From assembly GCA_963701855.1 (NCBI GenBank), contig CAVPBK010000009.1, positions 1 through 64,000 of the forward strand: a stretch of DNA of 64,000 nucleotides, given 5' to 3'. This document shows positions 30,520 through 41,326 of the stretch, in pieces. Numbering within the stretch: the first letter of the stretch is position 1; each line of letters opens with the position of its first letter. The notes beneath the pieces are model-generated. The model was not told where the DNA came from and ran no database searches. It saw nothing but the letters and a program-made list of their open reading frames with translations. The position numbers and the translations under genes are program-made. The DNA comes from Nitrospirota bacterium. Its GTDB lineage: Bacteria; Nitrospirota; Nitrospiria; Nitrospirales; Nitrospiraceae.

Positions 30520-31603
30520 TCACGACATTCCTTCCTTCTGGACAAGAGTTCCCTCTCGGGGGGCAATTGACGTTCTGGGAATGGGATCCTCGACGAAAGG
30601 GCCTCTTCTGATATTTTTCCACTGCCTTGTTGTGTTCGATCAGCGTCGCAGAGAACTGATGCGTTCCATCGTTCCGGGAAACAAAATATAATGAGCGAGA
30701 ATCGGACGGATAGAGTGCCGCGCGAATAGCTTGAATGCCTGGGCTGGCAATCGGTCCAGGCGGGAGTCCCTGCACGCGATAGGTATTGTAGGGACTGAGA
30801 CTCGAGAGATCTTTCTTATGCAAATTCCCGTCGAATGCCGGCAGGCCATAGATGACGGTTGGATCGCTCTGTAATGGAATGTGCTTCTTCAGCCGGTTGT
30901 GAAACACCGCTGAAATCTCCGGACGCTCACCGCCCGACCCTGTCTCCTTTTCGATCACGGAGGCGAGGGTCAGCACTTCGTGCATCGTCATCTTGAGTTC
31001 CTGCATCCGAGCCAGGAGATCCGGTCCGACCTCCTGCCGTAGCTGCTCGACCATTGCCACCAACACCTCCCGCGCCTTGACCGGACGAGGAAACTTATAC
31101 GTGTCGGGATAGAGATATCCTTCCAGCGTCTCCGCCTTGACCCCAAGAGACGCAATAAACTCCCGATCCTTCGCAAGCCGGAGGAACTCCGCGCGATCCG
31201 TGAGGCCATCCTGAGAGGCCAAGTCGGCGATTTGGACGAAGGTCAGCCCTTCGGGGACAGTCAACGAATGGAGCAGCACGTGGCCGCTACGCAACATCGA
31301 GAGGATCTCCGCCGGGGTCATGCCGGGATTCAACTCATATTCACCTGCATGAACTTTCCGGTCGGCAGATTGTGATTTCCCAAAAAGAACAAAGGCCAAC
31401 CTGCTCTTGATCAATCGTTCGCGCTCAAGCAGCTCAGCGACTTGTTGAAACGTCGAGCCGTCTGGGATGACGACGACTTTCGAGGGGGGATGCTCTTCCG
31501 TGGGAATAGCCGGGCCTTCAGCCCAACGAATCGTCTGATATGCGATGACGCCAAGTGCGACTATTGCGACCAGTAGACATCCGAGAATGATCCGTAGGCT
31601 CAT
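30509..31603 (-). CDS. mltG: Endolytic transglycosylase MltG
   Basis: TVPEG, LEGYLYPDTY, LASVIEKET, LQSDPTV, SPYNTY..GLPPGPI. Confidence 0.96.
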   Translation of the reverse strand: MSLRIILGCLLVAIVALGVIAYQTIRWAEGPAIPTEEHPPSKVVVIPDGSTFQQVAELLERERLIKSRLAFVLFGKSQSADRKVHAGEYELNPGMTPAEILSMLRSGHVLLHSLTVPEGLTFVQIADLASQDGLTDRAEFLRLAKDREFIASLGVKAETLEGYLYPDTYKFPRPVKAREVLVAMVEQLRQEVGPDLLARMQELKMTMHEVLTLASVIEKETGSGGERPEISAVFHNRLKKHIPLQSDPTVIYGLPAFDGNLHKKDLSSLSPYNTYRVQGLPPGPIASPGIQAIRAALYPSDSRSLYFVSRNDGTHQFSATLIEHNKAVEKYQKRPFRRGSHSQNVNCPPRGNSCPEGRNVVSDV

Positions 31604-32090
31604 GAGGTGGTCCTACCGTTTCTCCGTCCGCATACTCATCCGACCATGATTCTGGCTCTCTCTTTGGCGCCGGTTCAAGGCTCGCCAGATAACTCTGGAG
31701 CAAAATCGAAGCGGCGATGCGATCAACCACACCCTTCCGCTTTTTCCGGCTGACATCGGCCGCGATCAGGAGATCTTCCGCCGCTTTCGTCGTCAACCGT
31801 TCATCCCACAGAATAACGGGAACGGTCACTCCCTGTTCCAACCGGGCCTGAAACTCGCGCATCGCTCGGATCGCCGGACCTTCGCGGCCATCCAATTGAA
31901 TGGGGAAACCTAACAGGACTTGCCCTACCTCATGTGTCCTGACGAGCGACGCAATATGGGCAATGTCTCGGTCCAACGTGCGCCGATTGAGGGTCTCAAG
32001 CGGTTGGGCAGTCCACCCCAGCTCGTCACTCAGAGCCACACCGATCCGTTTGGTCCCGTAATCGAGCGCAAGTATTCGTTTACCCTCCAT
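31518..32090 (-). CDS. ruvX: Holliday-junction-resolvase-like RuvX/YqgF
   Basis: LALDYGTKRIGVALSD, WDERLTT, VDRIAASILLQSYL. Confidence 0.93.
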   Translation of the reverse strand: MEGKRILALDYGTKRIGVALSDELGWTAQPLETLNRRTLDRDIAHIASLVRTHEVGQVLLGFPIQLDGREGPAIRAMREFQARLEQGVTVPVILWDERLTTKAAEDLLIAADVSRKKRKGVVDRIAASILLQSYLASLEPAPKREPESWSDEYADGETVGPPHEPTDHSRMSTGRNSRTWRHRISDDSLG

Positions 32091-34725
32091 GAGTGTACCG
32101 CTGCAACATGCGTTCGACCAGTCCAAAGACCTTTTCCAACGCGGCATCCAACTTGGCAGGCTCCTTCCCACCCGCTTGCGCCATCTCGGGGCGCCCCCCA
32201 CCCGTGCCGCCGACTTCCGCCGCCATCTCTTTGATGAGGTCGCCCGCTTTCAGCCGGGTAATCAGATCCTTCGTGACGACGACCAGCAATGAGACCTTGC
32301 CATCGTTGGCGGCCCCGAGAGCCACGACACCGCTTTTCAACTTGTCCCGCAACTGATCGGCCAGCGCCCGCATGCCGTTTACATCTAATCCATCCGTCCG
32401 CTGCACATGAACTTGCACGCCCGCGATGGTTTTCGACGTGGCCTCGGCGGCTGAACCGCCAGCCATTTTCAATTTCACCTCTTCCAGCTCACGTTCCTTA
32501 TCTTTCAGCTGCGTCATAACCTTGCGTGTTTTAGCCACCAGATCAGACTGGCCGACCTTGAGCAAGCTCGAGAGTTCTCGAATATCAGTTTCCAATTGCT
32601 TCATATGCGCGAGCGCCCCGCTGCCGGTCTGAGCTTCGATACGGCGCACACCAGCCGCGACGCCGGTCTCCGACACAATTCTAAACAGACCGATGTCCCC
32701 CGTCTGCCGACAGTGCGTGCCACCGCAGAGTTCTTTACTGAAGGATTCAACAGTCACCACCCGAACTTGCTCGCCATATTTATCTCCGAAGAAGGCCAGC
32801 GCGCCCTTGGCCACCGCATCTTGAATGCTCATGACCTCGGTCTCGACCCGCTCATTCTTCCGCACCTCGTAATTCACGACCGTTTCAATCTCATCCACAT
32901 CGCGGGAAGACAGGGGTCTGAAATGGGCAAAGTCGAATCGCAAGCGATTCGGCCCGACGAGCGAGCCATATTGTTTTACGTGAGGGCCCAGCATGTCGCG
33001 TAGCGCGGCATGGAGCAAATGGGTAGCGGTATGGTTTCGCTGGGCGTCCTGCCGTATTGTGGCATTGACGGTCATGCGCAGCTGCTCGCCCTCGCGAATC
33101 CGCCCTTTCGTGACAGTCCCCTTGTGTAAAATCACTGTCGGCGCCGGCCTCGTGGTTTCCGTGATCTCGACCTGCCCATCATGGCCCGTTAATACGCCCC
33201 GGTCGCCGACCTGCCCACCGCCTTCTGCATAGAACGGCGTCACATCCAGAACTATTTCAACCTCATCGCCTTCCGCCGCTTCTTTGACCAACCGGTCGCC
33301 TTTTAAAATGGCCTGCACGAGACTCTCGCTCTCCAGGCGATCGTAGCCGATAAAATTCGTCTTCCCAATACGACCGGCTAGTTCCGCAACCCCAGGCCGA
33401 GCCGTTTCCTGTTCAAACCCGCCGGTCTTGCGCGCACGATTCCTTTGTTCCTCAATTGCCAGGTCGAACCCCGCCTCATCGAGTGTCATTCCCTGCTCTC
33501 GACAGGCCTCCCCCATCAAGTCCATCGGAAACCCATAGGTATCGTAGAGCTTGAACACATCAGGGCCCGTGAGAACCTGACTCCCGGACGAACGTGTATT
33601 CGCAAGCATCTCGTTCAGGATCGGCAAGCCTTGATCGAGCGTGGCAATGAACCGCTCCTCTTCGCCTCTCGTTGCTTCGGCAATCGTCGCGGCAGCGCTT
33701 CGAACTTCTGAATAGACCGGACTCATCTGGCTCACGACCACCGCCGTCAATTCATGAAGGAAGGGCTCGACAATGCCCAACAGCCGTCCATGACGCGCAG
33801 CCCGGCGCAGAATCCGACGCAACACATAGCCGCGCCCTTCGTTCGACGGCAACACGCCATCGGCCATCAAAAACGTGATCGCGCGAAGATGGTCCGCCAC
33901 CACGCGCATCGACCGATCGGTCTGCTCTTGTTCCCCATACCGGACTCCGGCCCTGGCCGCCACGGCGATCAGCAACGGCGTGAACACATCGCTGTCATAG
34001 TTGCTGTAAACGCCTTGTGCCACTGCCGCCAGCCGTTCCAATCCCATGCCCGTATCGATGCTGGGTTTAGGTAAGGGATGCAGAGTCCCCGCGGCATCCC
34101 GATTGAACTGCATGAAGACGAGATTCCAGATCTCGATGACGCGATCGCCCGCGCCGTTCGGCCGATCGTCGCCCGGCACCGACGGTCCCTGGTCGAAATG
34201 TAATTCCGAGCAGGGCCCACAAGGTCCGGTATCTCCCATCTGCCAGAAGTTGTCCTTCTCGCCGCACCGCACGATCCGAGAGGCAGGAACTCCGACCTTC
34301 TTCCATAACTGGTCCGCGTCATCGTCGTCGCGGAAGATCGTCACCCACATCCGATCCTTCGCCAAGCCGACCGTCTGAGTCAGAAATTCCCAGCCAAACC
34401 GGATGGCATCTTCCTTGAAGTAGTCGCCGAAGGAAAAGTTCCCCAACATTTCAAAGAACGTATGGTGGCGTCTGGTATAGCCGACATTCTCAAGATCGTT
34501 GTGCTTGCCTCCTGCACGGAGACACTTCTGCACAGTAACCGCCCGCTTATAGGCGCGCTGGTCCTCGCCGAGGAACACCCGCTTAAATTGGTTCATCCCG
34601 GCGTTAGTGAAGAGCAATGTGGGATCGGCCTGAGGAATCAAGGCGGAACTCGGCACGGCCTGATGGCCATGCTGTTCGAAATATCGAATGAAGGCTTGTC
34701 GTAATTCTTGCGTGCTGTTCTTCAT
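32080..34725 (-). CDS. alaS: Alanine--tRNA ligase
   Basis: FTNAGMNQFK, HHTFFEMLGNFSFGDYFK, NHTATHLLH, ELCGGTH, GGGRPEMAQAGG. Confidence 0.99.
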   Translation of the reverse strand: MKNSTQELRQAFIRYFEQHGHQAVPSSALIPQADPTLLFTNAGMNQFKRVFLGEDQRAYKRAVTVQKCLRAGGKHNDLENVGYTRRHHTFFEMLGNFSFGDYFKEDAIRFGWEFLTQTVGLAKDRMWVTIFRDDDDADQLWKKVGVPASRIVRCGEKDNFWQMGDTGPCGPCSELHFDQGPSVPGDDRPNGAGDRVIEIWNLVFMQFNRDAAGTLHPLPKPSIDTGMGLERLAAVAQGVYSNYDSDVFTPLLIAVAARAGVRYGEQEQTDRSMRVVADHLRAITFLMADGVLPSNEGRGYVLRRILRRAARHGRLLGIVEPFLHELTAVVVSQMSPVYSEVRSAAATIAEATRGEEERFIATLDQGLPILNEMLANTRSSGSQVLTGPDVFKLYDTYGFPMDLMGEACREQGMTLDEAGFDLAIEEQRNRARKTGGFEQETARPGVAELAGRIGKTNFIGYDRLESESLVQAILKGDRLVKEAAEGDEVEIVLDVTPFYAEGGGQVGDRGVLTGHDGQVEITETTRPAPTVILHKGTVTKGRIREGEQLRMTVNATIRQDAQRNHTATHLLHAALRDMLGPHVKQYGSLVGPNRLRFDFAHFRPLSSRDVDEIETVVNYEVRKNERVETEVMSIQDAVAKGALAFFGDKYGEQVRVVTVESFSKELCGGTHCRQTGDIGLFRIVSETGVAAGVRRIEAQTGSGALAHMKQLETDIRELSSLLKVGQSDLVAKTRKVMTQLKDKERELEEVKLKMAGGSAAEATSKTIAGVQVHVQRTDGLDVNGMRALADQLRDKLKSGVVALGAANDGKVSLLVVVTKDLITRLKAGDLIKEMAAEVGGTGGGRPEMAQAGGKEPAKLDAALEKVFGLVERMLQRYTHGG

Positions 34726-34731
34726 ACCGTC

Positions 34732-35217
34732 CTAACATCCATCCCGCAGCAGCGGCGCCATCACTGTCTCAATGGTGTCTTCGTTAAATCCTCGCTGGTT
34801 CAAGAGTCTCGCCAGTCGGCCAAGCGTTTGGATCGAACTGGCCCGCCCAGCCGTCTTGACCACCTGCATGGCCAGGTCCCGTTCGCTCATCTTGCGGTAG
34901 GTAGCCCGCAGCGTCGACTGCACGATGTGGTCCGGACAACCAGTGGCGAGCAGTTCATCTTGCAGCCGTGCACGCCCCATCGGCATATGGGCAAGTCGCC
35001 GATCGGCCCACCGCGTAGCAAAGGCCTCATCGTCGAGGTATCGCAACGCTATCAGCCGTCGAACTGCGGTTCGTATCTGCGCAGGAGGCGCCCCTTTCAC
35101 TGCAAGCAAACGTTCGACCTGCGCCGTCGTACGATCGCTACGGGCCAGCGCGCGTATGGCTAGTTGCAACCACTGATCAGGAGACGGCGCTGCTTTGATT
35201 GTGACTCGCTTACTCAC
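34732..35217 (-). CDS. recX: Regulatory protein RecX
   Basis: YLDDEAFA, L..RGF. Directly downstream of recA. Confidence 0.88.
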   Translation of the reverse strand: MSKRVTIKAAPSPDQWLQLAIRALARSDRTTAQVERLLAVKGAPPAQIRTAVRRLIALRYLDDEAFATRWADRRLAHMPMGRARLQDELLATGCPDHIVQSTLRATYRKMSERDLAMQVVKTAGRASSIQTLGRLARLLNQRGFNEDTIETVMAPLLRDGC

Positions 35218-35235
35218 TAGCCTTGAGCAAGATCA

Positions 35236-35318
35236 TTGTTTGGCTTGTCTTGTCTGTTTGGATTTTTTGGTTGAACGAAACGAACCAGATGAACCAAATA
35301 AACAAAACAAATAGACCT
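35236..35318. repeat. 9-mer hairpin repeat (family A)
   Basis: TTGGTTGAACGAAACGAACCAGATGAACCAAAT between recA and recX. Confidence 0.75.
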
Positions 35319-35320
35319 GT

Positions 35321-36415
35321 TTAGACACCCACCTTGTGCGGTCGCCGTTCCTCGCGTTTCTCCTCAGTCTTTTTTTCGTCTTTCACCGGCATAGCAGAGG
35401 GCTTCTCAATCGTACGTCCAGGCAGACCGGCCAAATCACGAAGCTTTCCTTCAATCTCACGCGCTAACGGCTGGTTACTCAAAAGAATATCTCGCACCGC
35501 GTCGCGTCCCTGCCCGAGCCGCTCGCCCTGATAGGAATACCAGGCCCCGGACTTCTCCACTACTTTCTTTTCGACCCCGAGATCGACTAACTCGCCGGTT
35601 TTCGAAATACCCTGCGCGAACATGATGTCGAACTCCGCCTGCTTGAATGGAGGCGCCATTTTGTTCTTCACCACCTTCACACGTACACGGCTGCCGGTCA
35701 CCTCCTGCCCTTCCTTGATCGACTCAATGCGGCGGATATCCAACCGCACGGACGAATAGAACTTGAGTGCGTTGCCGCCGGTCGTCGTCTCCGGGTTGCC
35801 GAACATCACGCCGATCTTCATCCTGATCTGATTAATGAAAATCAGGGTCGTCTGCGACTTGGAAATAGCCGCCGTCAATTTGCGAAGGGCCTGCGACATG
35901 AGCCGCGCTTGCAGCCCCATATGCGCATCGCCCATTTCACCTTCGATTTCGGCTCTCGGCACAAGCGCTGCGACAGAGTCCACCACGATCACATCGATCG
36001 CTCCGCTCCGGACGAGCGTCTCGGCAATTTCCAGTGCCTGTTCACCAGTATCGGGCTGCGACACCAACAGATCATCCACCTGCACGCCCAGCTTCTTGGC
36101 ATAGCCCAAATCCAGCGCATGTTCGGCATCAATAAAGGCCGCGGTGCCACCGGCTTTCTGTGCTTCCGCAATCGCATGCAGAGTCAATGTTGTCTTGCCC
36201 GAGGACTCGGGACCAAAGACTTCGATCACCCGACCGCGGGGAAGTCCGCCAACACCCAGGGCAATATCGAGTCCGAGGGATCCCGTCGAAATCGCCGGAA
36301 TATCCATCTGAGCATCGGCCCCCCCTAGCTTCATGATGGCCCCCTTCCCATACTGCTTCTCAATTTGGGACAGGGCCAGATCCAATGCACGCTTCTTGTC
36401 GTCTTTTTCAGTCAT
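35321..36415 (-). CDS. recA: Recombinase RecA
   Basis: [38 protein letters not shown]. Confidence 0.99.
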   Translation of the reverse strand: MTEKDDKKRALDLALSQIEKQYGKGAIMKLGGADAQMDIPAISTGSLGLDIALGVGGLPRGRVIEVFGPESSGKTTLTLHAIAEAQKAGGTAAFIDAEHALDLGYAKKLGVQVDDLLVSQPDTGEQALEIAETLVRSGAIDVIVVDSVAALVPRAEIEGEMGDAHMGLQARLMSQALRKLTAAISKSQTTLIFINQIRMKIGVMFGNPETTTGGNALKFYSSVRLDIRRIESIKEGQEVTGSRVRVKVVKNKMAPPFKQAEFDIMFAQGISKTGELVDLGVEKKVVEKSGAWYSYQGERLGQGRDAVRDILLSNQPLAREIEGKLRDLAGLPGRTIEKPSAMPVKDEKKTEEKREERRPHKVGV

Positions 36416-36513
36416 GGGTACTCCTCTTGTGATAGAGCGATCGGGGGCGATTATACCCAAGTTGAGAGAAAGAAACCTAGCCCACCGAATAGCTGCGCAA
36501 GACTGGCGGGAAC

Positions 36514-36630
36514 TGAAGTTCTGAGTGCTGAGTTAGGGGCGGATCGGGAAAGCCGGGGCGGGAGACGGTTGCTCGGCTGAAGGCCGAAGTATTTAGAACT
36601 TCGAACCCAGAACTCAGCACTCAGCACTTC
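36514..36630. repeat. Heptamer inverted repeat element (family E)
   Basis: GAAGTTCTGAGTGCTGAGT...ACTCAGCACTCAGCACTTC. Paralogues at 50257 and 59662. Confidence 0.75.
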
Positions 36631-36727
36631 TTCATCTGTCCTGCGCATCGCTTGCGCCTCGTATGTAATCCCGTGTATTCATGCGATTTCATTGACCGGC
36701 AGAGGGGATAGGGCTACAAGTACTACT

Positions 36728-37816
36728 ATGCCTTCGACTCTCGTCCCTAACACAAGCGACCATAAACCAACCGTCCTGATCGTCGACGATGAAGCCGCCC
36801 CGCGCGCAGCACTCACACAGATCCTCAGGCAAGACTTCCACATTCTCACCGCGGAAAATGCTCATGCAGCCCTGGCCATCCTCAATGATCACGGTGTTGA
36901 TCTCGTCACGTTGGATTTGAAATTGCCCGATCGTTCAGGATCGGACCTCTTGCACGACATCAAGCGCGCGCATGCAGAGACCGAAGTCATCATGGTCACG
37001 GCCTATGGCAGTCTTCAGTCAGCGATGGACTGTATTCGCGACGGCGCGGCCGGCTTCCTCCTGAAACCATTCAATGCCTCAGAATTGTTGGCCATTTCCT
37101 TGCAAACCGCTCAGAAGAAGCTGCGCCTCGATCAACTGCGTCCGGTCCTCATCAACTCGACGACACTCTGGGATCCGGAACCAGCCTGCAGCAAAGCTTG
37201 GCAAGTTCTCATCAACGACTACACCACCATGAACCGCAAGGGATCGCTCTCCGCGTCGCAAAACAATGAGACGTCGCCCTTGGTTCCCCTGATCTCCGAC
37301 CTCTTAGAAGCCAAGGATCGTCATCTGCTCAATCATGGAAGTCGCGTCAGTTTTTATGCGACGCTGGTTGCCAATCGACTCAGCCTTCCTCTCGCCGAAC
37401 AGCAGTCGCTCGCGCTCGGCGCACTCGTGCACGATCTCGATTTGATCAGCACCGGGGACATTAACATCCTCAACATGGAATCCGACCAGCAGATACATCG
37501 TCCCGACCTCGGCGCGAGGATGGGCCGAGCGATGGGATTACCAGCCGATGCCGTGCAGATTATCGCCCTCCATCACGAGCGATGGGACGGAACAGGCTAT
37601 CCATTTGGCTTACGAGATGAACTCACGCCCTTGCTCGCTCGCATTGTCGGTATCGCCCAAGTGTTCGACGACCTGACTGCCGAAAAACCTGGACGCACGT
37701 CCCTCCCCATTGACGAAGCCCTGCAACAGATCGAGCAGCAAGCCGGCATCGCCTTCGATCCCACGCTGACCGAACTCTTCTGCCGCACCATGCGCGAGCA
37801 ACCTCCGCAGCAGTAG
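36728..37816 (+). CDS. Response regulator with HD-GYP-type output domain
   Basis: IVDDE, LDLKLP, LLKPF. HHERWDGTGYP. HD motif reads HDLDL. Confidence 0.88.
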   Translation: MPSTLVPNTSDHKPTVLIVDDEAAPRAALTQILRQDFHILTAENAHAALAILNDHGVDLVTLDLKLPDRSGSDLLHDIKRAHAETEVIMVTAYGSLQSAMDCIRDGAAGFLLKPFNASELLAISLQTAQKKLRLDQLRPVLINSTTLWDPEPACSKAWQVLINDYTTMNRKGSLSASQNNETSPLVPLISDLLEAKDRHLLNHGSRVSFYATLVANRLSLPLAEQQSLALGALVHDLDLISTGDINILNMESDQQIHRPDLGARMGRAMGLPADAVQIIALHHERWDGTGYPFGLRDELTPLLARIVGIAQVFDDLTAEKPGRTSLPIDEALQQIEQQAGIAFDPTLTELFCRTMREQPPQQ

Positions 37817-37854
37817 AACCAAGAGGCTACGCCTGACTCACATTGCTTGCGGCT

Positions 37855-38119
37855 GATACAACCACAAGGGGCAAATCAGTGCGCCGTGCCGTGTTCAAAC
37901 CGAAAAATGATCCGCTAGTTTTCCAACACAGACACCGGCCAGAAGCCCACCAGCTCACATTTTAACGGATGAAGCCTGTACCCCTGGCAGGGGCCCATAC
38001 CCTGCCCTATCAGCGCCTCATTCAGGCGTGCCAGAATCCGTGCTATTTTGTCACTGTGCGCCGCCGGCACCCTGCATGCGCCAGTCATCATCCTCAAAGA
38101 ACCTTCTAAGACCCTTATC
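37855..38119 (-). pseudogene. HigB/RelE-family toxin remnant
   Basis: KGLRRFFEDDD, then after a frameshift DKIARILARLN..GYRLHPLKCELVGFWPVSVLEN*RIIFRFE, with the conserved Trp codon changed to TAG. Confidence 0.7.
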
Positions 38120-38191
38120 GAGCAAACACATTCTGATCGTGCGCGCTCTGGGAGCAAGGGATCGGCACGGATGTCATTCCACCCTTTCTAT

Positions 38192-38803
38192 CTAGGCTGT
38201 TCTCAGTCGCACCTCCCACAGCTTCGTATAGACCGAACCGGTCGGCTTCAATTCACTCTTCATCAGCACAACCGAGTCCACCGCCAACGAGCCCAATGAA
38301 ACCAGCCGGTTCAGCACTCCGACCTTGGCCAAGGCGACGCCAACGTGCCGCTCTCCCATCTTAATCCTCGCCAAGGTCAAATGTGGACTGAACGGTTTCG
38401 CTTCGCGGAGAAAGCCTAGGCCTTCACAAGCCTGTTCGATTGCACCATGGATCTCCGAGATTCGCTTCGCCTCTGCTCCTCGCTCCCAATGCTCCGACGG
38501 CCCCATCCACAGCACGCGCGGACTATGCGGACGAGGAAAAACCCCGAGTCGTTCAAGCGGCACATTCACAGCTGTCTGGCTTCCGATCGCCTGATCAAAC
38601 GTAGCGCGTAGCGGATCAATGACCTGTTCATCCATATCGCCAAGAAACTTGAGCGTCAGATGAATCGATGCTGGCCGCGCCCACGAGATGCGCATGTCCC
38701 GCTTCATCTCCGGCTCAATTGTATGCTTCAACTCCTGTTGGACAAGGGCTAGTTCAGCTTGCAATGCATGAGACAGTTCAACGGCAAGGAAGGCCCGGAT
38801 CAC
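38192..38803 (-). CDS. thpR: RNA 2',3'-cyclic phosphodiesterase
   Basis: Two HxT motifs (HLTLKFLG and HLTLAR), RAFLAV. Confidence 0.93.
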   Translation of the reverse strand: MIRAFLAVELSHALQAELALVQQELKHTIEPEMKRDMRISWARPASIHLTLKFLGDMDEQVIDPLRATFDQAIGSQTAVNVPLERLGVFPRPHSPRVLWMGPSEHWERGAEAKRISEIHGAIEQACEGLGFLREAKPFSPHLTLARIKMGERHVGVALAKVGVLNRLVSLGSLAVDSVVLMKSELKPTGSVYTKLWEVRLRTA

Positions 38804-38809
38804 TTCAAG

Positions 38810-39039
38810 CCCGCATTATTCAAGACGGTTCGTCGCGAGACCGGCGCGCGGAGATTAGGGGACTGGCACTGCCGTCTTCGGCGGTGCCTGTCCCGCTCCC
38901 AAAACGGGGACAGGCGCCAAAAAGAAGGGCGCCAGTCCCCAACAGTACGGTGAGGGTCTGAGGGGCGAGCCCGTCGGCCGAAGGCTCGTCGTAGCAGCGG
39001 ATCGGCGATTGCAGCAGAAATGTTCATGAACAATGCGGG
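38810..39039. repeat. MITE-like family C with REP-like cargo
   Basis: TIRs CCCGCATTATTCA and TGAACAATGCGGG, flanks CAAG and CTAG. Internal GGGGACTGGCAC..GTGCCTGTCCC and GGGGACAGGCGCC..GGCGCCAGTCCCC hairpins. Confidence 0.8.
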
Positions 39040-40317
39040 CTAGGCCTTATCGAACAGCCAGCGGCGAAGAACGTCCAATGCAGCTTGTGACGACCGCTGT
39101 TTAATGACATTCCGGTCGCCGTGAAACCGGAATTCCCGTGCGATCGGCGGGCCAGTCCCATCATCCAACCCGACATAGACCAGCCCGACCGGCTTGATCT
39201 CGGTCCCGCCTCCCGGCCCGGCAATGCCCGTAACGCTGAGTCCCACCGACACGTTGGCGCGCTCACGAATGCCGCAAGCCATCGCCGCTGCGACCTCTTG
39301 ACTCACTGCGCCATGTCGGGCAATCAGTTTCGCCGGCACACCCAGCATCTCCGTTTTCGCCCGATTGCTGTAGCAGACAGCGCCACGATCCACATAGGCA
39401 GATGAGCCAGCCACCTGCGTGAGCCGATGGCCAATCAATCCCCCGGTGCAAGATTCTGCGACCGCCACCATGAGCCCTCGTGTGGCAAGTTCACGCCCAA
39501 CGACTGCTTCCATCGTGTCTCGACCCTCGGCAAAGAGCCAATCGCCGAGTCGTGAGCGAACATCGCTCGCCACCCTTTGAAGCAGATCACGATTCTTCTC
39601 CGTGGCAGATTGATTCCCCTTCGTCGTCAGTGAAACCAGCACCCCCATGGGCGATGCGAGCAGCCCCAGGTCAATCGGCACTCCCTTCGGAATGATCCCT
39701 TTGAGCTTGGCATCAACGTCCGCCTCCGCCAAGCCGAACGTATGAAACACTTGACGGATGATCGGCGCTCGGGAAGACCGGCCTGACAATTCGCTTGCTG
39801 CGCGCAGAAATGGCACAACCTCCTGCCGCATCATCTCTTCCATTTCTCGCGGCACGCCGGGCAAACAAATAATCAGTGCCTTCTTCCATGTTAGGCAGAA
39901 CCCCGGCGCAGAACCGACTGGATTCTTTAATACAGCGGCGCCGGATGGAATCAGAGCCTGACGCAGTTGCGCGGGGTTCGGTATGCGGCCCCATTGCGCG
40001 AGTCGAGCCGTCATTCCCTCCAATGCTTCCTTGCGACGACTGAGCCGGTGTCCAGTAGCGTGCGCCACCGCCTCTCTCGTGCAATCGTCTACGGTGGGGC
40101 CGAGTCCGCCGGTCATGACGATCACATGAGATCGCTTTACGGCTGTGTGAATAACCGTAACGATGTCCTGCCGTTCATCGCCAACGACCGATTTGAATCG
40201 AACGGCGATTCCAAATTTTCCGAGTTCATCAGCGAGGAAGAGAGAATTGGAGTCGGATCGGCCCCCGATCAGCAGTTCGGCACCGATAGCGATGATTTCT
40301 GCGTCGAGTTGGTTCAT
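39040..40317 (-). CDS. cinA: Competence/damage-inducible protein CinA (MocF-like plus PncC)
   Basis: GGLGPTVDD, LPGVPREM, AESCTGG, HGAVS, TGIAGPGGG. Confidence 0.95.
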   Translation of the reverse strand: MNQLDAEIIAIGAELLIGGRSDSNSLFLADELGKFGIAVRFKSVVGDERQDIVTVIHTAVKRSHVIVMTGGLGPTVDDCTREAVAHATGHRLSRRKEALEGMTARLAQWGRIPNPAQLRQALIPSGAAVLKNPVGSAPGFCLTWKKALIICLPGVPREMEEMMRQEVVPFLRAASELSGRSSRAPIIRQVFHTFGLAEADVDAKLKGIIPKGVPIDLGLLASPMGVLVSLTTKGNQSATEKNRDLLQRVASDVRSRLGDWLFAEGRDTMEAVVGRELATRGLMVAVAESCTGGLIGHRLTQVAGSSAYVDRGAVCYSNRAKTEMLGVPAKLIARHGAVSQEVAAAMACGIRERANVSVGLSVTGIAGPGGGTEIKPVGLVYVGLDDGTGPPIAREFRFHGDRNVIKQRSSQAALDVLRRWLFDKA

Positions 40318-40419
40318 ATGGTCTGCCTCGTTTATCTGGTTTGTCTGGTTCATCTGGTTTGTTTGGTTGCTCGACCCGGTGAAACCAAATAACCAAATGA
40401 ATAAGACAAACCAAATAAC
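40311..40419. repeat. 9-mer hairpin repeat (family A)
   Basis: TCTGGTTTGTCTGGTTCATCTGGTTTG..AAACCAAATAACCAAAT. Overlaps the cinA start. Confidence 0.8.
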
Positions 40420-40431
40420 GATCTTCTTTTG

Positions 40432-41085
40432 TTATTGAATCTCGCTAAAATCTATAGAAAAGTTCGACTCTCCTCCAGTCCCCGGATACACAGCAATCAA
40501 GGTTTTGGCCTTCAGATCGAAGTCGGCATAGTTGAACGACGCCACGACCTTCGCCTTAAACCGAGGACTCTTCGGCCAAACGACACTGCGATTGGCTTGC
40601 GCATCAAATCGCACTATCACAGGCTTGACCGTCTTCCCCTCCTGATTGAGCACCATATAACTGTCTACCGCAAAAGTTGGCGTATTACCGAAGATAACCG
40701 CGCTGATAAGCATCGTGTTGCCTTCCAGCACTTGCGTCACATCTGCCTCGCTCGGCTGTAGTCCCCGCAGTGCCATATGCGCGGCCATCACCGATAGGGC
40801 TCGTATTTTTGTGATCAAAAATCCCTTAGGCTGGACCTCGTCTGCCACTCCAAACTGCACATAAAAACTATCCGGAGACATCCCGTTCTGCGCCGCTTCT
40901 TTACCCTGATCGAGTGCAGTCTGAATCTGCTGCGCGGTAGGATGCACGTCAATAGCATATGCAGGCACATGAAGGAGGCCACTCAACGCAACAGTGCCCA
41001 CGCACAGCAACATATACGTCAGCCTACCCGTCGGCCGGAGCCTCTGGGCGGCGTGCCGATGGCTCTGTAGAGCCCACATGAACAT
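40432..41085 (-). CDS. Hypothetical exported protein
   Basis: 217-aa ORF with a signal-like segment ending PAYA. Start uncertain. Confidence 0.7.
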   Translation of the reverse strand: MFMWALQSHRHAAQRLRPTGRLTYMLLCVGTVALSGLLHVPAYAIDVHPTAQQIQTALDQGKEAAQNGMSPDSFYVQFGVADEVQPKGFLITKIRALSVMAAHMALRGLQPSEADVTQVLEGNTMLISAVIFGNTPTFAVDSYMVLNQEGKTVKPVIVRFDAQANRSVVWPKSPRFKAKVVASFNYADFDLKAKTLIAVYPGTGGESNFSIDFSEIQ

Positions 41086-41326
41086 GCCACTATCAGAACA
41101 CTCTTCTCATGTCAACGAACGGCCCAACCTTCCACCGCCCGTTGACAAGAGCAACGGTGTAGTGATAAAAAATCGAGCCGCGCTGAGCCAGAATTATTTA
41201 CGAACGCCGTCGTGAAAACGCGTTCCTCGTGAAACAAGGGAGCCCTACACGGCACCTGCAGCGGAAGTATTCCCCAATAGTTGTCGCTAGCACGCATCTT
41301 CAAAGAAGATATACGGAGGAGTTTCG

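Noticed and set aside
36416..36520. LexA box upstream of recA
   Set aside because: No convincing match to LexA motifs I know, and the host motif is unknown to me.
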